Assembly (NCBI RefSeq): GCF_009914755.1
Contig: NC_060939.1
Reading direction: 5' to 3' (one strand)
Source of the DNA: the human T2T-CHM13v2.0 reference genome, Homo sapiens
DNA length: 64,000 bases
This document shows, piece after piece, positions 11,901 through 26,572 of the stretch. Each line of letters begins with the position of its first letter. The stretch's first letter is position 1. The position numbers were made by a program, and so were the translations under genes. The notes beneath the pieces are model-generated. The model did not search any database. It had not been told where the DNA came from and saw nothing but the letters and a program-made list of their open reading frames with translations.

Positions 11901-14900
11901 CTGCTGTCTAGATTTTATATGAAGGTTTTCCCGCTTCCAACGAAATTTTCAATGCTCTCAAAATATCCTCTTGTAGATTCTACAAAAAGAGTGTTTCCAA
12001 ACTGCTGTATCAAAACAAAGGTTCATCTCTGTTAGTTGAGGACACACATCACAACTAAGTTTCTGAGAATGCTTCTGTCTAGTTCTTATTTGAAGACATT
12101 TCCTTTCTCACCTTAGGCCTGAAAGCGCTCGAAATACCCACTTCCAGATACTACAGAAACAGTGATTCAAACCTGCTCTATGAAAGGGAATGTTCAACTA
12201 GGTGACTTGAATGCAAACATCACAAAGCAGTTTCTGAGAATGCTGCTGTCTACTTTCTATTTGTAATCCCGTTTCCAACGAAATCCTCAGAACTATCGAA
12301 ATTTCCAATTGCAGATTCCACAGAAACAGGGTTTCAAAGCTGCTCTGTAAAAAGAAAGGTTCAACTCTGTTAGTTGAATACACACGTCACAAACAAGTTT
12401 CTGAGAATGCTTCTGTCTAGTTTTTATGGGAAGATATTTCCTTTTTCACCGTAGGCCTCAAAGCGCTCCAAATGTCCACTTCCACATACTACAAAAAGAG
12501 TGTTTCAAACCTGCTGTATGAAAGGGAATGTTCAACTCTATGAGTTGAATGCAAACATTACAAAGAAGTTTCTGAGAATGCTTCTGTCTAGATTTTATAT
12601 GAAGGTTTTCCCGTTTCCAACGAAATTTTCAATGCTCTCAAAATATCCACTTGTAGATTCTACAAAAAGAGTGTTTCCAAACTGCTGTGTCAAAAGAAAG
12701 GTTCAACTCTGTTAGTTGAGGACACACATCACAAATAAGTTTCTGAGAATGCTTCTGTCTAGTTCTTATTTGAAGACATTTCCTTTCTCACCTTAGGCCT
12801 GAAAACGCTCGAAATATCCACTTCCAGATACGACAGAAACAGTGATTCAAACCTGCTCTATGAAAGGGAATGTTCAACTAGGTGACTTGAATGCAAACAT
12901 CACAAAGCAGTTTCTGAGAATGCTGCTGTCTACTTTCTATTTGTAATCCCGTTTCCAACGAAATCCTCAGAACTATCGAAATTTCCAATTGCAGATTCCA
13001 CAAAAAGCGTGTTTCAAAGCTGCTCTGTAAAAAGAAAGGTTCAACTCTGTTAGTTGAATACACACTTCACAAACAAGTTTCTGAGAATGCTTCTGTCTAG
13101 TTTTTATGGGAAGATATTTCCTTTTTCACCGTAGGCCTCAAAGCGCTCCAAATGTCCACTTCCACATACTACAAAAAGAGTGTTTCAAACCTGCTCTATG
13201 ATAGGGAATGTTGAAACCTATGAGTTGAATGCAAGCATTACAAAGAGGTTTCTGAGAATGCTTCTGTCTAGATTTTATATGTAGATATTCCCGTTTCCAA
13301 CGAAATCCTCAAAGCTATCCAAATATCAACTTGCAGATTCTACAAAAGGAATGTTTCCAAAATGCTGTATCCAAACAAAGGTTCAACTCTGTGAATTGAG
13401 GGCATACATCACAAAGAAGATTCTGAGAATGCTTCTGTCTAGATTTTATATGAAAATATTCCCGTTTCCAACGAAATCCTCAAAGCTATCCAAATATCCA
13501 CTTGCAAATGCCACAAAAAGAGTGTTTCCAAACTGCTCTGTGAAAAGGAAGGTTCAACTCTGTTAGTTGAGTACACACATCACAAAGAGGTTTCTGAGAA
13601 TGCTGCTGACTAGTTTTTATTTGAAGATATTTCCCTTTTCACCTTAGGCCTAAGAGTGCTCGAAATGTCCATTTCCACATACTCCACAAAGTGTGTTTCA
13701 AACGTGCTGTATGAAAGGGAATGTTCAACTCTATGAGTTGAATGCAAACATCACAAAGAAGATTCTGAGAATGCTTTTGTCTAGATTTTATATGAAGATA
13801 TTCCCGTGTCCAACGAAATTTTCAAAGGTCTCCAAATATCCATTTGTAGATTCTACAAAAAGAGTGTTTCCAAACTGCTGTATCAAAACAAAGGTTGAAC
13901 TCTGTGAGTTGAGGACACACATCACAAATAAGTTTCTGAGAATGCTTCTGTCTAGTTTTTATTTGAAGATGTTTCCTTTTTCACCATAGGCCTGAAAGCG
14001 CTCGAAATGTCCACTTCCAGATAGTACAGAAAGAGTGTTTCAAACCTGCTCTATGAACGGGAATGTTCAGCTCTGTGAGTTGAATGCAAACATCACAAAG
14101 CAGGTTCTGAGAATGCTTCCGTCTAGATTTTAAATGAGGATATTCCCGTTTCCAACGAAATCCTCGAAGCTATCCAAATATCCACTTGCAGATTCCACAA
14201 AAAGAGTGTTTCAAAACTGCTCTGTCAAAAGATAGGTTCAACTCTGTTAGTTGAGTACACACATGGCAAACAAGATTCCGAGAATGCTTTCGTCTAGTTT
14301 TTTTGGGAAGATATTTCCTTCTTCACCATAGGCCTCAAAGCGCTCCAAATATCCATTTCCACATGCTATACAAAGAGTGTCTCAAACCTGCTGTATGAAT
14401 GGGAATGTTCAACTCTATGAGTTGAATGCAAACATCACAAAGAAGTTTCTGAGAATGCTGCTGTCTAGATTTTATATGAAGGTTTTCCCGCTTCCAACGA
14501 AATTTTCAATGCTCTCAAAATATCCTCTTGTAGATTCTACAAAAAGAGTGTTTCCAAACTGCTGTATCAAAACAAAGGTTCATCTCTGTTAGTTGAGGAC
14601 ACACATCACAAATAAGTTTCTGAGAATGCTTCTGTCTAGTTCTTATTTGAAGACATTTCCTTTCTCACCTTAGGCCTGAAAGCGCTCGAAATACCCACTT
14701 CCAGATACTACAGAAACAGTGATTCAAACCTGCTCTATGAAAGGGAATGTTCAACTATGTGACTTGAATGCAAACATCACAAAGCAGTTTCTGAGAATGC
14801 TGCTGTCTACTTTCTATTTGTAATCCCGTTTCCAACGAAATCCTCAGAACTATCGAAATTTCCAATTGCAGATTCCACAGAAACAGGGTTTCAAAGCTGC

Positions 14901-16165
14901 TCTGTAAAAAGAAAGGTTCAACTCTGTTAGTTGAATACACACGTCACAAACAAGTTTCTGAGAATGCTTCTGTCTAGTTTTTATGGGAAGATATTTCCTT
15001 TTTCACCGTAGGCCTCAAAGCGCTCCAAATGTCCACTTCCACATACTACAAAAAGAGTGTTTCAAACCTGCTGTATGAAAGGGAATGTTCAACTCTATGA
15101 GTTGAATGCAAACATTACAAAGAAGTTTCTGAGAATGCTTCTGTCTAGATTTTATATGAAGGTTTTCCCGTTTCCAACGAAATTTTCAATGCTCTCAAAA
15201 TATCCACTTGTAGATTCTACAAAAAGAGTGTTTCCAAACTGCTGTGTCAAAAGAAAGGTTCAACTCTGTTAGTTGAGGACACACATCACAAATAAGTTTC
15301 TGAGAATGCTTCTGTCTAGTTCTTATTTGAAGACATTTCCTTTCTCACCTTAGGCCTGAAAACGCTCGAAATATCCACTTCCAGATACGACAGAAACAGT
15401 GATTCAAACCTGCTCTATGAAAGGGAATGTTCAACTAGGTGACTTGAATGCAAACATCACAAAGCAGTTTCTGAGAATGCTGCTGTCTACTTTCTATTTG
15501 TAATCCCGTTTCCAACGAAATCCTCAGAACTATCGAAATTTCCAATTGCAGATTCCACAAAAAGCGTGTTTCAAAGCTGCTCTGTAAAAAGAAAAGTTCA
15601 ACTCTGTTAGTTGAATACACACTTCACAAACAAGTTTCTGAGAATGCTTCTGTCTAGTTTTTATGGGAAGATATTTCCTTTTTCACCGTAGGCCTCAAAG
15701 CGCTCCAAATGTCCACTTCCACATACTACAAAAAGAGTGTTTCAAACCTGCTCTATGATAGGGAATGTTGAAACCTATGAGTTGAATGCAAGCATTACAA
15801 AGAGGTTTCTGAGAATGCTTCTGTCTAGATTTTATATGTAGATATTCCCGTTTCCAACGAAATCCTCAAAGCTATCCAAATATCAACTTGCAGATTCTAC
15901 AAAAGGAATGTTTCCAAAATGCTGTATCCAAACAAAGGTTCAACTCTGTGAATTGAGGGCATACATCACAAAGAAGATTCTGAGAATGCTTCTGTCTAGA
16001 TTTTATATGAAAATATTCCCGTTTCCAACGAAATCCTCAAAGCTATCCAAATATCCACTTGCAAATGCCACAAAAAGAGTGTTTCCAAACTGCTCTGTGA
16101 AAAGGAAGGTTCAACTCTGTTAGTTGAGTACACACATCACAAAGAGGTTTCTGAGAATGCTGCTG
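5938..16165. repeat. Four tandem 15-mer HORs, 2557 bp each
   Basis: Marker ORFs at 5680, 8237, 10794, 13351 and 15908 are 2557 apart (13x171+2x167). Each unit has an internal 680-bp repeat. Confidence 0.95.
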
Positions 16166-18213
16166 ACTAGTTTTTATTTGAAGATATTTCCCTTTTCACC
16201 TTAGGCCTAAGAGTGCTCGAAATGTCCATTTCCACATACTCCACAAAGTGTGTTTCAAACGTGCTGTATGAAAGGGAATGTTCAACTCTATGAGTTGAAT
16301 GCAAACATCACAAAGAAGATTCTGAGAATGCTTTTGTCTAGATTTTATATGAAGATATTCCCGTGTCCAACGAAATTTTCAAAGGTCTCCAAATATCCAT
16401 TTGTAGATTCTACAAAAAGAGTGTTTCCAAACTGCTGTATCAAAACAAAGGTTGAACTCTGTGAGTTGAGGACACACATCACAAATAAGTTTCTGAGAAT
16501 GCTTCTGTCTAGTTTTTATTTGAAGATGTTTCCTTTTTCACCATAGGCCTGAAAGCGCTCGAAATGTCCACTTCCAGATAGTACAGAAAGAGTGTTTCAA
16601 ACCTGCTCTATGAACGGGAATGTTCAGCTCTGTGAGTTGAATGCAAACATCACAAAGCAGGTTCTGAGAATGCTTCCGTCTAGATTTTAAATGAGGATAT
16701 TCCCGTTTCCAACGAAATCCTCGAAGCTATCCAAATATCCACTTGCAGATTCCACAAAAAGAGTGTTTCAAAACTGCTCTGTCAAAAGATAGGTTCAACT
16801 CTGTTAGTTGAGTACACACATGGCAAACAAGATTCCGAGAATGCTTTCGTCTAGTTTTTTTGGGAAGATATTTCCTTCTTCACCATAGGCCTCAAAGCGC
16901 TCCAAATATCCATTTCCACATGCTATACAAAGAGTGTCTCAAACCTGCTGTATGAATGGGAATGTTCAACTCTATGAGTTGAATGCAAACATCACAAAGA
17001 AGTTTCTGAGAATGCTTCTGTCTAGTTTTTATGGGAAGATATTTCCTTTTTCACCGTAGGCCTCAAAGCACTCCAAATGTCCACTTTCACATACTACAAA
17101 AAGAGTGTTTCAAACCTGTTGTATGAAAGGGAATGTTCAACTCTATGAGTTGAATGCAAACATTACAAAGAAGTTTCTGAGAATGCTTCTGTCTAGATTT
17201 TATATGAAGGTTTTCCCGTTTCCAACGAAATTTTCAATGCTCTCAAAATATCCACTTGTAGATTCTACAAAAAGAGTGTTTCCAAACTGCTGTGTCAAAA
17301 GAAAGGTTCAACTCTGTTAGTTGAGGACACACATCACAAATAAGTTTCTGAGAATGCTTCTGTCTAGTTCTTATTTGAAGACATTTCCTTTCTCACCTTA
17401 GGCCTGAAAACGCTCGAAATATCCACTTCCAGATACGACAGAAACAGTGATTCAAACCTGCTCTATGAAAGGGAATGTTCAACTAGGTGACTTGAATGCA
17501 AACATCACAAAGCAGTTTCTGAGAATGCTGCTGTCTACTTTCTATTTGTAATGCCGTTTCCAACGAAATCCTCAGAACTATCGAAATTTCCAATTGCAGA
17601 TTCCACAAAAAGCGTGTTTCAAAGCTGCTCTGTAAAAAGAAAGGTTCAACTCTGTTAGTTGAATACACACGTCACAAACAAGTTTCTGAGAATGCTTCTG
17701 TCTAGTTTTTATGGGAAGATATTTCCTTTTTCACCGTAGGCCTCAAAGCGCTCCAAATGTCCACTTCCACATACTACAAAAAGAGTGTTTCAAACCTGCT
17801 CTATGATAGGGAATGTTGAAACCTATGAGTTGAATGCAAGCATTACAAAGAGGTTTCTGAGAATGCTTCTGTCTAGATTTTATATGTAGATATTCCCGTT
17901 TCCAACGAAATCCTCAAAGCTATCCAAATATCAACTTGCAGATTCTACAAAAGGAATGTTTCCAAAATGCTGTATCCAAACAAAGGTTCAACTCTGTGAA
18001 TTGAGGGCATACATCACAAAGAAGATTCTGAGAATGCTTCTGTCTAGATTTTATATGAAAATATTCCCGTTTCCAACGAAATCCTCAAAGCTATCCAAAT
18101 ATCCACTTGCAAATGCCACAAAAAGAGTGTTTCCAAACTGCTCTGTGAAAAGGAAGGTTCAACTCTGTTAGTTGAGTACACACATCACAAAGAGGTTTCT
18201 GAGAATGCTGCTG
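16166..18213. repeat. 12-mer HOR, 2048 bp, with one disrupted CENP-B box
   Basis: Same g-k junction and private SNVs as 3890-5937. The box at 17552-17568 reads TGCCGTTTCCAACGAAA. Confidence 0.93.
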
Positions 18214-20770
18214 ACTAGTTTTTATTTGAAGATATTTCCCTTTTCACCTTAGGCCTAAGAGTGCTCGAAATGTCCATTTCCACATACTCCACAAAGTGTG
18301 TTTCAAACGTGCTGTATGAAAGGGAATGTTCAACTCTATCAGTTGAATGCAAACATCACAAAGAAGACTCTGAGAATGCTTTTGTCTAGATTTTATATGA
18401 AGATATTCCCGTGTCCAACGAAATTTTCAAAGGTCTCCAAATATCCATTTGTAGATTCTACAAAAAGAGTGTTTCCAAACTGCTGTATCAAAACAAAGGT
18501 TGAACTCTGTGAGTTGAGGACACACATCACAAATAAGTTTCTGAGAATGCTTCTGTCTAGTTTTTATTTGAAGATGTTTCCTTTTTCACCATAGGCCTGA
18601 AAGCGCTCGAAATGTCCACTTCCAGATAGTACAGAAAGAGTGTTTCAAACCTGCTCTATGAACGGGAATGTTCAGCTCTGTGAGTTGAATGCAAACATCA
18701 CAAAGCAGGTTCTGAGAATGCTTCCGTCTAGATTTTAAATGAGGATATTCCCGTTTCCAACGAAATCCTCGAAGCTATCCAAATATCCACTTGCAGATTC
18801 CACAAAAAGAGTGTTTCAAAACTGCTCTGTCAAAAGATAGGTTCAACTCTGTTAGTTGAGTACACACATGGCAAACAAGATTCCGAGAATGCTTTCGTCT
18901 AGTTTTTTTGGGAAGATATTTCCTTCTTCACCATAGGCCTCAAAGCGCTCCAAATATCCATTTCCACATGCTATACAAAGAGTGTCTCAAACCTGCTGTA
19001 TGAATGGGAATGTTCAACTCTATGAGTTGAATGCAAACATCACAAAGAAGTTTCTGAGAATGCTGCTGTCTAGATTTTATATGAAGGTTTTCCCGCTTCC
19101 AACGAAATTTTCAATGCTCTCAAAATATCCTCTTGTAGATTCTACAAAAAGAGTGTTTCCAAACTGCTGTATCAAAACAAAGGTTCATCTCTGTTAGTTG
19201 AGGACACACATCACAAATAAGTTTCTGAGAATGCTTCTGTCTAGTTCTTATTTGAAGACATTTCCTTTCTCACCTTAGGCCTGAAAGCGCTCGAAATACC
19301 CACTTCCAGATACTACAGAAACAGTGATTCAAACCTGCTCTATGAAAGGGAATGTTCAACTAGGTGACTTGAATGCAAACATCACAAAGCAGTTTCTGAG
19401 AATGCTGCTGTCTACTTTCTATTTGTAATCCCGTTTCCAACGAAATCCTCAGAACTATCGAAATTTCCAATTGCAGATTCCACAGAAACAGGGTTTCAAA
19501 GCTGCTCTGTAAAAAGAAAGGTTCAACTCTGTTAGTTGAATACACACGTCACAAACAAGTTTCTGAGAATGCTTCTGTCTAGTTTTTATGGGAAGATATT
19601 TCCTTTTTCACCGTAGGCCTCAAAGCGCTCCAAATGTCCACTTCCACATACTACAAAAAGAGTGTTTCAAACCTGCTGTATGAAAGGGAATGTTCAACTC
19701 TATGAGTTGAATGCAAACATTACAAAGAAGTTTCTGAGAATGCTTCTGTCTAGATTTTATATGAAGGTTTTCCCGTTTCCAACGAAATTTTCAATGCTCT
19801 CAAAATATCCACTTGTAGATTCTACAAAAAGAGTGTTTCCAAACTGCTGTGTCAAAAGAAAGGTTCAACTCTGTTAGTTGAGGACACACATCACAAATAA
19901 GTTTCTGAGAATGCTTCTGTCTAGTTCTTATTTGAAGACATTTCCTTTCTCACCTTAGGCCTGAAAACGCTCGAAATATCCACTTCCAGATACGACAGAA
20001 ACAGTGATTCAAACCTGCTCTATGAAAGGGAATGTTCAACTAGGTGACTTGAATGCAAACATCACAAAGCAGTTTCTGAGAATGCTGCTGTCTACTTTCT
20101 ATTTGTAATCCCGTTTCCAACGAAATCCTCAGAACTATCGAAATTTCCAATTGCAGATTCCACAAAAAGCGTGTTTCAAAGCTGCTCTGTAAAAAGAAAG
20201 GTTCAACTCTGTTAGTTGAATACACACTTCACAAACAAGTTTCTGAGAATGCTTCTGTCTAGTTTTTATGGGAAGATATTTCCTTTTTCACCGTAGGCCT
20301 CAAAGCGCTCCAAATGTCCACTTCCACATACTACAAAAAGAGTGTTTCAAACCTGCTCTATGATAGGGAATGTTGAAACCTATGAGTTGAATGCAAGCAT
20401 TACAAAGAGGTTTCTGAGAATGCTTCTGTCTAGATTTTATATGTAGATATTCCCGTTTCCAACGAAATCCTCAAAGCTATCCAAATATCAACTTGCAGAT
20501 TCTACAAAAGGAATGTTTCCAAAATGCTCTATCCAAACAAAGGTTCAACTCTGTGAATTGAGGGCATACATCACAAAGAAGATTCTGAGAATGCTTCTGT
20601 CTAGATTTTATATGAAAATATTCCCGTTTCCAACGAAATCCTCAAAGCTATCCAAATATCCACTTGCAAATGCCACAAAAAGAGTGTTTCCAAACTGCTC
20701 TGTGAAAAGGAAGGTTCAACTCTGTTAGTTGAGTACACACATCACAAAGAGGTTTCTGAGAATGCTGCTG
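18214..20770. repeat. 15-mer HOR, 2557 bp
   Basis: Marker spacing 17956 to 20513. Confidence 0.95.
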
Positions 20771-23700
20771 ACTAGTTTTTATTTGAAGATATTTCCCTTT
20801 TCACCTTAGGCCTAAGAGTGCTCGAAATGTCCATTTCCACATACTCCACAAAGTGTGTTTCAAACGTGCTGTATGAAAGGGAATGTTCAACTCTATGAGT
20901 TGAATGCAAACATCACAAAGAAGATTCTGAGAATGCTTTTGTCTAGATTTTATATGAAGATATTCCCGTGTCCAACGAAATTTTCAAAGGTCTCCAAATA
21001 TCCATTTGTAGATTCTACAAAAAGAGTGTTTCCAAACTGCTGTATCAAAACAAAGGTTGAACTCTGTGAGTTGAGGACACACATCACAAATAAGTTTCTG
21101 AGAATGCTTCTGTCTAGTTTTTATTTAAAGATGTTTCCTTTTTCACCATAGGCCTGAAAGCGCTCGAAATGTCCACTTCCAGATAGTACAGAAAGAGTGT
21201 TTCAAACCTGCTCTATGAACGGGAATGTTCAGCTCTGTGAGTTGAATGCAAACATCACAAAGCAGGTTCTGAGAATGCTTCCGTCTAGATTTTAAATGAG
21301 GATATTCCCGTTTCCAACGAAATCCTCGAAGCTATCCAAATATCCACTTGCAGATTCCACAAAAAGAGTGTTTCAAAACTGCTCTGTCAAAAGATAGGTT
21401 CAACTCTGTTAGTTGAGTACACACATGGCAAACAAGATTGCGAGAATGCTTTCGTCTAGTTTTTTTGGGAAGATATTTCCTTCTTCAACATAGGCCTCAA
21501 AGCGCTCCAAATATCCATTTCCACATGCTATACAAAGAGTGTCTCAAACCTGCTGTATGAATGGGAATGTTCAACTCTATGAGTTGAATGCAAACATCAC
21601 AAAGAAGTTTCTGAGAATGCTTCTGTCTAGATTTTATATGAAGGTTTTCCCGCTTCCAACGAAATTTTCAATGCTCTCAAAATATCCTCTTGTAGATTCT
21701 ACAAAAAGAGTGTTTCCAAACTGCTGTATCAAAACAAAGGTTCATCTCTGTTAGTTGAGGACACACATCACAAATAAGTTTCTGAGAATGCTTCTGTCTA
21801 GTTCTTATTTGAAGACATTTCCTTTCTCACCTTAGGCCTGAAAGCGCTCGAAATACCCACTTCCAGATACTACAGAAACAGTGATTCAAACCTGCTCTAT
21901 GAAAGGGAATATTCAACTATGTGACTTGAATGCAAACATCACAAAGCAGTTTCTGAGAATGCTGCTGTCTACTTTCTATTTGTAATCCCGTTTCCAACGA
22001 AATCCTCAGAACTATCGAAATTTCCAATTGCAGATTCCACAGAAACAGGGTTTCAAAGCTGCTCTGTAAAAAGAAAGGTTCAACTCTGTTAGTTGAATAC
22101 ACACGTCACAAACAAGTTTCTGAGAATGCTTCTGTCTAGTTTTTATGGGAAGATATTTCCTTTTTCACGGTAGGCCTCAAAGCGCTCCAAATGTCCACTT
22201 CCACATACTACAAAAAGAGTGTTTCAAACCTGCTCTATGATAGGGAATGTTGAAACCTATGAGTTGAATGCAAGCATTACAAAGAGGTTTCTGAGAATGC
22301 TTCTGTCTAGATTTTATATGTAGATATTCCCGTTTCCAACGAAATCCTCAAAGCTATCCAAATATCAACTTGCAGATTCTACAAAAGGAATGTTTCCAAA
22401 ATGCTGTATCCAAACAAAGGTTCAACTCTGTGAATTGAGGACATACATCACAAAGAAGATTCTGAGAATGCTTCTGTCTAGATTTTATATGAAAATATTC
22501 CCGTTTCCAACGAAATCCTCAAAGCTATCCAAATATCCACTTGCAAATGCCACAAAAAGAGTGTTTCCAAACTGCTCTGTGAAAAGGAAGGTTCAACTCT
22601 GTTAGTTGAGTACACACATCACAAAGAGGTTTCTGAGAATGCTGCTGACTAGTTTTTATTTGAAGATATTTCCCTTTTCACCTTAGGCCTAAGAGTGCTC
22701 GAAATGTCCATTTCCACATACTCCACAAAGTGTGTTTCAAACGTGCTGTATGAAAGGGAATGTTCAACTCTATGAGTTGAATGCAAACATCACAAAGAAG
22801 ATTCTGAGAATGCTTTTGTCTAGATTTTATATGAAGATATTCCCGTGTCCAACGAAATTTTCAAAGGTCTCCAAATATCCATTTGTAGATTCTACAAAAA
22901 GAGTGTTTCCAAACTGCTGTATCAAAACAAAGGTTGAACTCTGTGAGTTGAGGACACACATCACAAATAAGTTTCTGAGAATGCTTCTGTCTAGTTTTTA
23001 TTTAAAGATGTTTCCTTTTTCACCATAGGCCTGAAAGCGCTCGAAATGTCCACTTCCAGATAGTACAGAAAGAGTGTTTCAAACCTGCTCTATGAACGGG
23101 AATGTTCAGCTCTGTGAGTTGAATGCAAACATCACAAAGCAGGTTCTGAGAATGCTTCCGTCTAGATTTTAAATGAGGATATTCCCGTTTCCAACGAAAT
23201 CCTCGAAGCTATCCAAATATCCACTTGCAGATTCCACAAAAAGAGTGTTTCAAAACTGCTCTGTCAAAAGATAGGTTCAACTCTGTTAGTTGAGTACACA
23301 CATGGCAAACAAGATTGCGAGAATGCTTTCGTCTAGTTTTTTTGGGAAGATATTTCCTTCTTCAACATAGGCCTCAAAGCGCTCCAAATATCCATTTCCA
23401 CATGCTATACAAAGAGTGTCTCAAACCTGCTGTATGAATGGGAATGTTCAACTCTATGAGTTGAATGCAAACATCACAAAGAAGTTTCTGAGAATGCTTC
23501 TGTCTAGATTTTATATGAAGGTTTTCCCGCTTCCAACGAAATTTTCAATGCTCTCAAAATATCCTCTTGTAGATTCTACAAAAAGAGTGTTTCCAAACTG
23601 CTGTATCAAAACAAAGGTTCATCTCTGTTAGTTGAGGACACACATCACAAATAAGTTTCTGAGAATGCTTCTGTCTAGTTCTTATTTGAAGACATTTCCT

Positions 23701-24524
23701 TTCTCACCTTAGGCCTGAAAGCGCTCGAAATACCCACTTCCAGATACTACAGAAACAGTGATTCAAACCTGCTCTATGAAAGGGAATATTCAACTATGTG
23801 ACTTGAATGCAAACATCACAAAGCAGTTTCTGAGAATGCTGCTGTCTACTTTCTATTTGTAATCCCGTTTCCAACGAAATCCTCAGAACTATCGAAATTT
23901 CCAATTGCAGATTCCACAGAAACAGGTTTTCAAAGCTGCTCTGTAAAAAGAAAGGTTCAACTCTGTTAGTTGAATACACACGTCACAAACAAGTTTCTGA
24001 GAATGCTTCTGTCTAGTTTTTATGGGAAGATATTTCCTTTTTCACGGTAGGCCTCAAAGCGCTCCAAATGTCCACTTCCACATACTACAAAAAGAGTGTT
24101 TCAAACCTGCTCTATGATAGGGAATGTTGAAACCTATGAGTTGAATGCAAGCATTACAAAGAGGTTTCTGAGAATGCTTCTGTCTAGATTTTATATGTAG
24201 ATATTCCCGTTTCCAACGAAATCCTCAAAGCTATCCAAATATCAACTTGCAGATTCTACAAAAGGAATGTTTCCAAAATGCTGCATCCAAACAAAGGTTC
24301 AACTCTGTGAATTGAGGGCATACATCACAAAGAAGATTCTGAGAATGCTTCTGTCTAGATTTTATATGAAAATATTCCCGTTTCCAACGAAATCCTCAAA
24401 GCTATCCAAATATCCACTTGCAAATGCCACAAAAAGAGTGTTTCCAAACTGCTCTGTGAAAAGGAAGGTTCAACTCTGTTAGTTGAGTACACACATCACA
24501 AAGAGGTTTCTGAGAATGCTGCTG
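20771..24524. repeat. Two tandem type-A 11-mer HORs, 1877 bp each
   Basis: Marker spacing 20513, 22390, 24267. Both copies share TTTAAAG, TTCAACATAG and GAATATTC alleles. Confidence 0.93.
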
Positions 24525-26572
24525 ACTAGTTTTTATTTGAAGATATTTCCCTTTTCACCTTAGGCCTAACAGTGCTCGAAATGTCCATTTCCACATACTC
24601 CACAAAGTGTGTTTCAAACGTGCTGTATGAAAGGGAATGGTCAACTCTATGAGTTGAATGCAAACATCACAAAGAAGATTCTGAGAATGCTTTTGTCTAG
24701 ATTTTATATGAAGATATTCCCGTGTCCAACGAAATTTTCAAAGGTCTCCAAATATCCATTTGTAGATTCTACAAAAAGAGTGTTTCCAAACTGCTGTATC
24801 AAAACAAAGGTTGAACTCTGTGAGTTGAGGACACACATCACAAATAAGTTTCTGAGAATGCTTCTGTCTAGTTTGTATTTGAAGATGTTTCCTTTTTCAC
24901 CATAGGCCTGAAAGCGCTCGAAATGTCCACTTCCAGATAGTACAGAAAGAGTGTTTCAAACCTGCTCTATGAACGGGAATGTTCAGCTCTGTGAGTTGAA
25001 TGCAAACATCACAAAGCAGGTTCTGAGAATGCTTCCGTCTAGATTTTAAATGAGGATATTCCCGTTTCCAACGAAATCCTCGAAGCTATCCAAATATCCA
25101 CTTGCAGATTCCACAAAAAGAGTGTTTCAAAACTGCTCTGTCAAAAGATAGGTTCAACTCTGTTAGTTGAGTACACACATGGCAAACAAGATTCCGAGAA
25201 TGCTTTCGTCTAGTTTTTTTGGGAAGATATTTCCTTCTTCACCATAGGCCTCAAAGCGCTCCAAATATCCATTTCCACATGCTATACAAAGAGTGTCTCA
25301 AACCTGCTGTATGAATGGGAATGTTCAACTCTATGAGTTGAATGCAAACATCACAAAGAAGTTTCTGAGAATGCTTCTGTCTAGTTTTTATGGGAAGATA
25401 TTTCCTTTTTCACCGTAGGCCTCAAAGCACTCCAAATGTCCACTTTCACATACTACAAAAAGAGTGTTTCAAACCTGTTGTATGAAAGGGAATGTTCAAC
25501 TCTATGAGTTGAATGCAAACATTACAAAGAAGTTTCTGAGAATGCTTCTGTCTAGATTTTATATGAAGGTTTTCCCGTTTCCAACGAAATTTTCAATGCT
25601 CTCAAAATATCCACTTGTAGATTCTACAAAAAGAGTGTTTCCAAACTGCTGTGTCAAAAGAAAGGTTCAACTCTGTTAGTTGAGGACACACATCACAAAT
25701 AAGTTTCTGAGAATGCTTCTGTCTAGTTCTTATTTGAAGACATTTCCTTTCTCACCTTAGGCCTGAAAACGCTCGAAATATCCACTTCCAGATACGACAG
25801 AAACAGTGATTCAAACCTGCTCTATGAAAGGGAATGTTCAACTAGGTGACTTGAATGCAAACATCACAAAGCAGTTTCTGAGAATGCTGCTGTCTACTTT
25901 CTATTTGTAATGCCGTTTCCAACGAAATCCTCAGAACTATCGAAATTTCCAATTGCAGATTCCACAAAAAGCGTGTTTCAAAGCTGCTCTGTAAAAAGAA
26001 AGGTTCAACTCTGTTAGTTGAATACACACGTCACAAACAAGTTTCTGAGAATGCTTCTGTCTAGTTTTTATGGGAAGATATTTCCTTTTTCACCGTAGGC
26101 CTCAAAGCGCTCCAAATGTCCACTTCCACATACTACAAAAAGAGTGTTTCAAACCTGCTCTATGATAGGGAATGTTGAAACCTATGAGTTGAATGCAAGC
26201 ATTACAAAGAGGTTTCTGAGAATGCTTCTGTCTAGATTTTATATGTAGATATTCCCGTTTCCAACGAAATCCTCAAAGCTATCCAAATATCAACTTGCAG
26301 ATTCTACAAAAGGAATGTTTCCAAAATGCTGTATCCAAACAAAGGTTCAACTCTGTGAATTGAGGGCATACATCACAAAGAAGATTCTGAGAATGCTTCT
26401 GTCTAGATTTTATATGAAAATATTCCCGTTTCCAACGAAATCCTCAAAGCTATCCAAATATCCACTTGCAAATGCCACAAAAAGAGTGTTTCCAAACTGC
26501 TCTGTGAAAAGGAAGGTTCAACTCTGTTAGTTGAGTACACACATCACAAAGAGGTTTCTGAGAATGCTGCTG
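24525..26572. repeat. 12-mer HOR, 2048 bp, with one disrupted CENP-B box
   Basis: g-k junction at ~25380. The box at 25911-25927 reads TGCCG instead of TCCCG. Confidence 0.93.
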
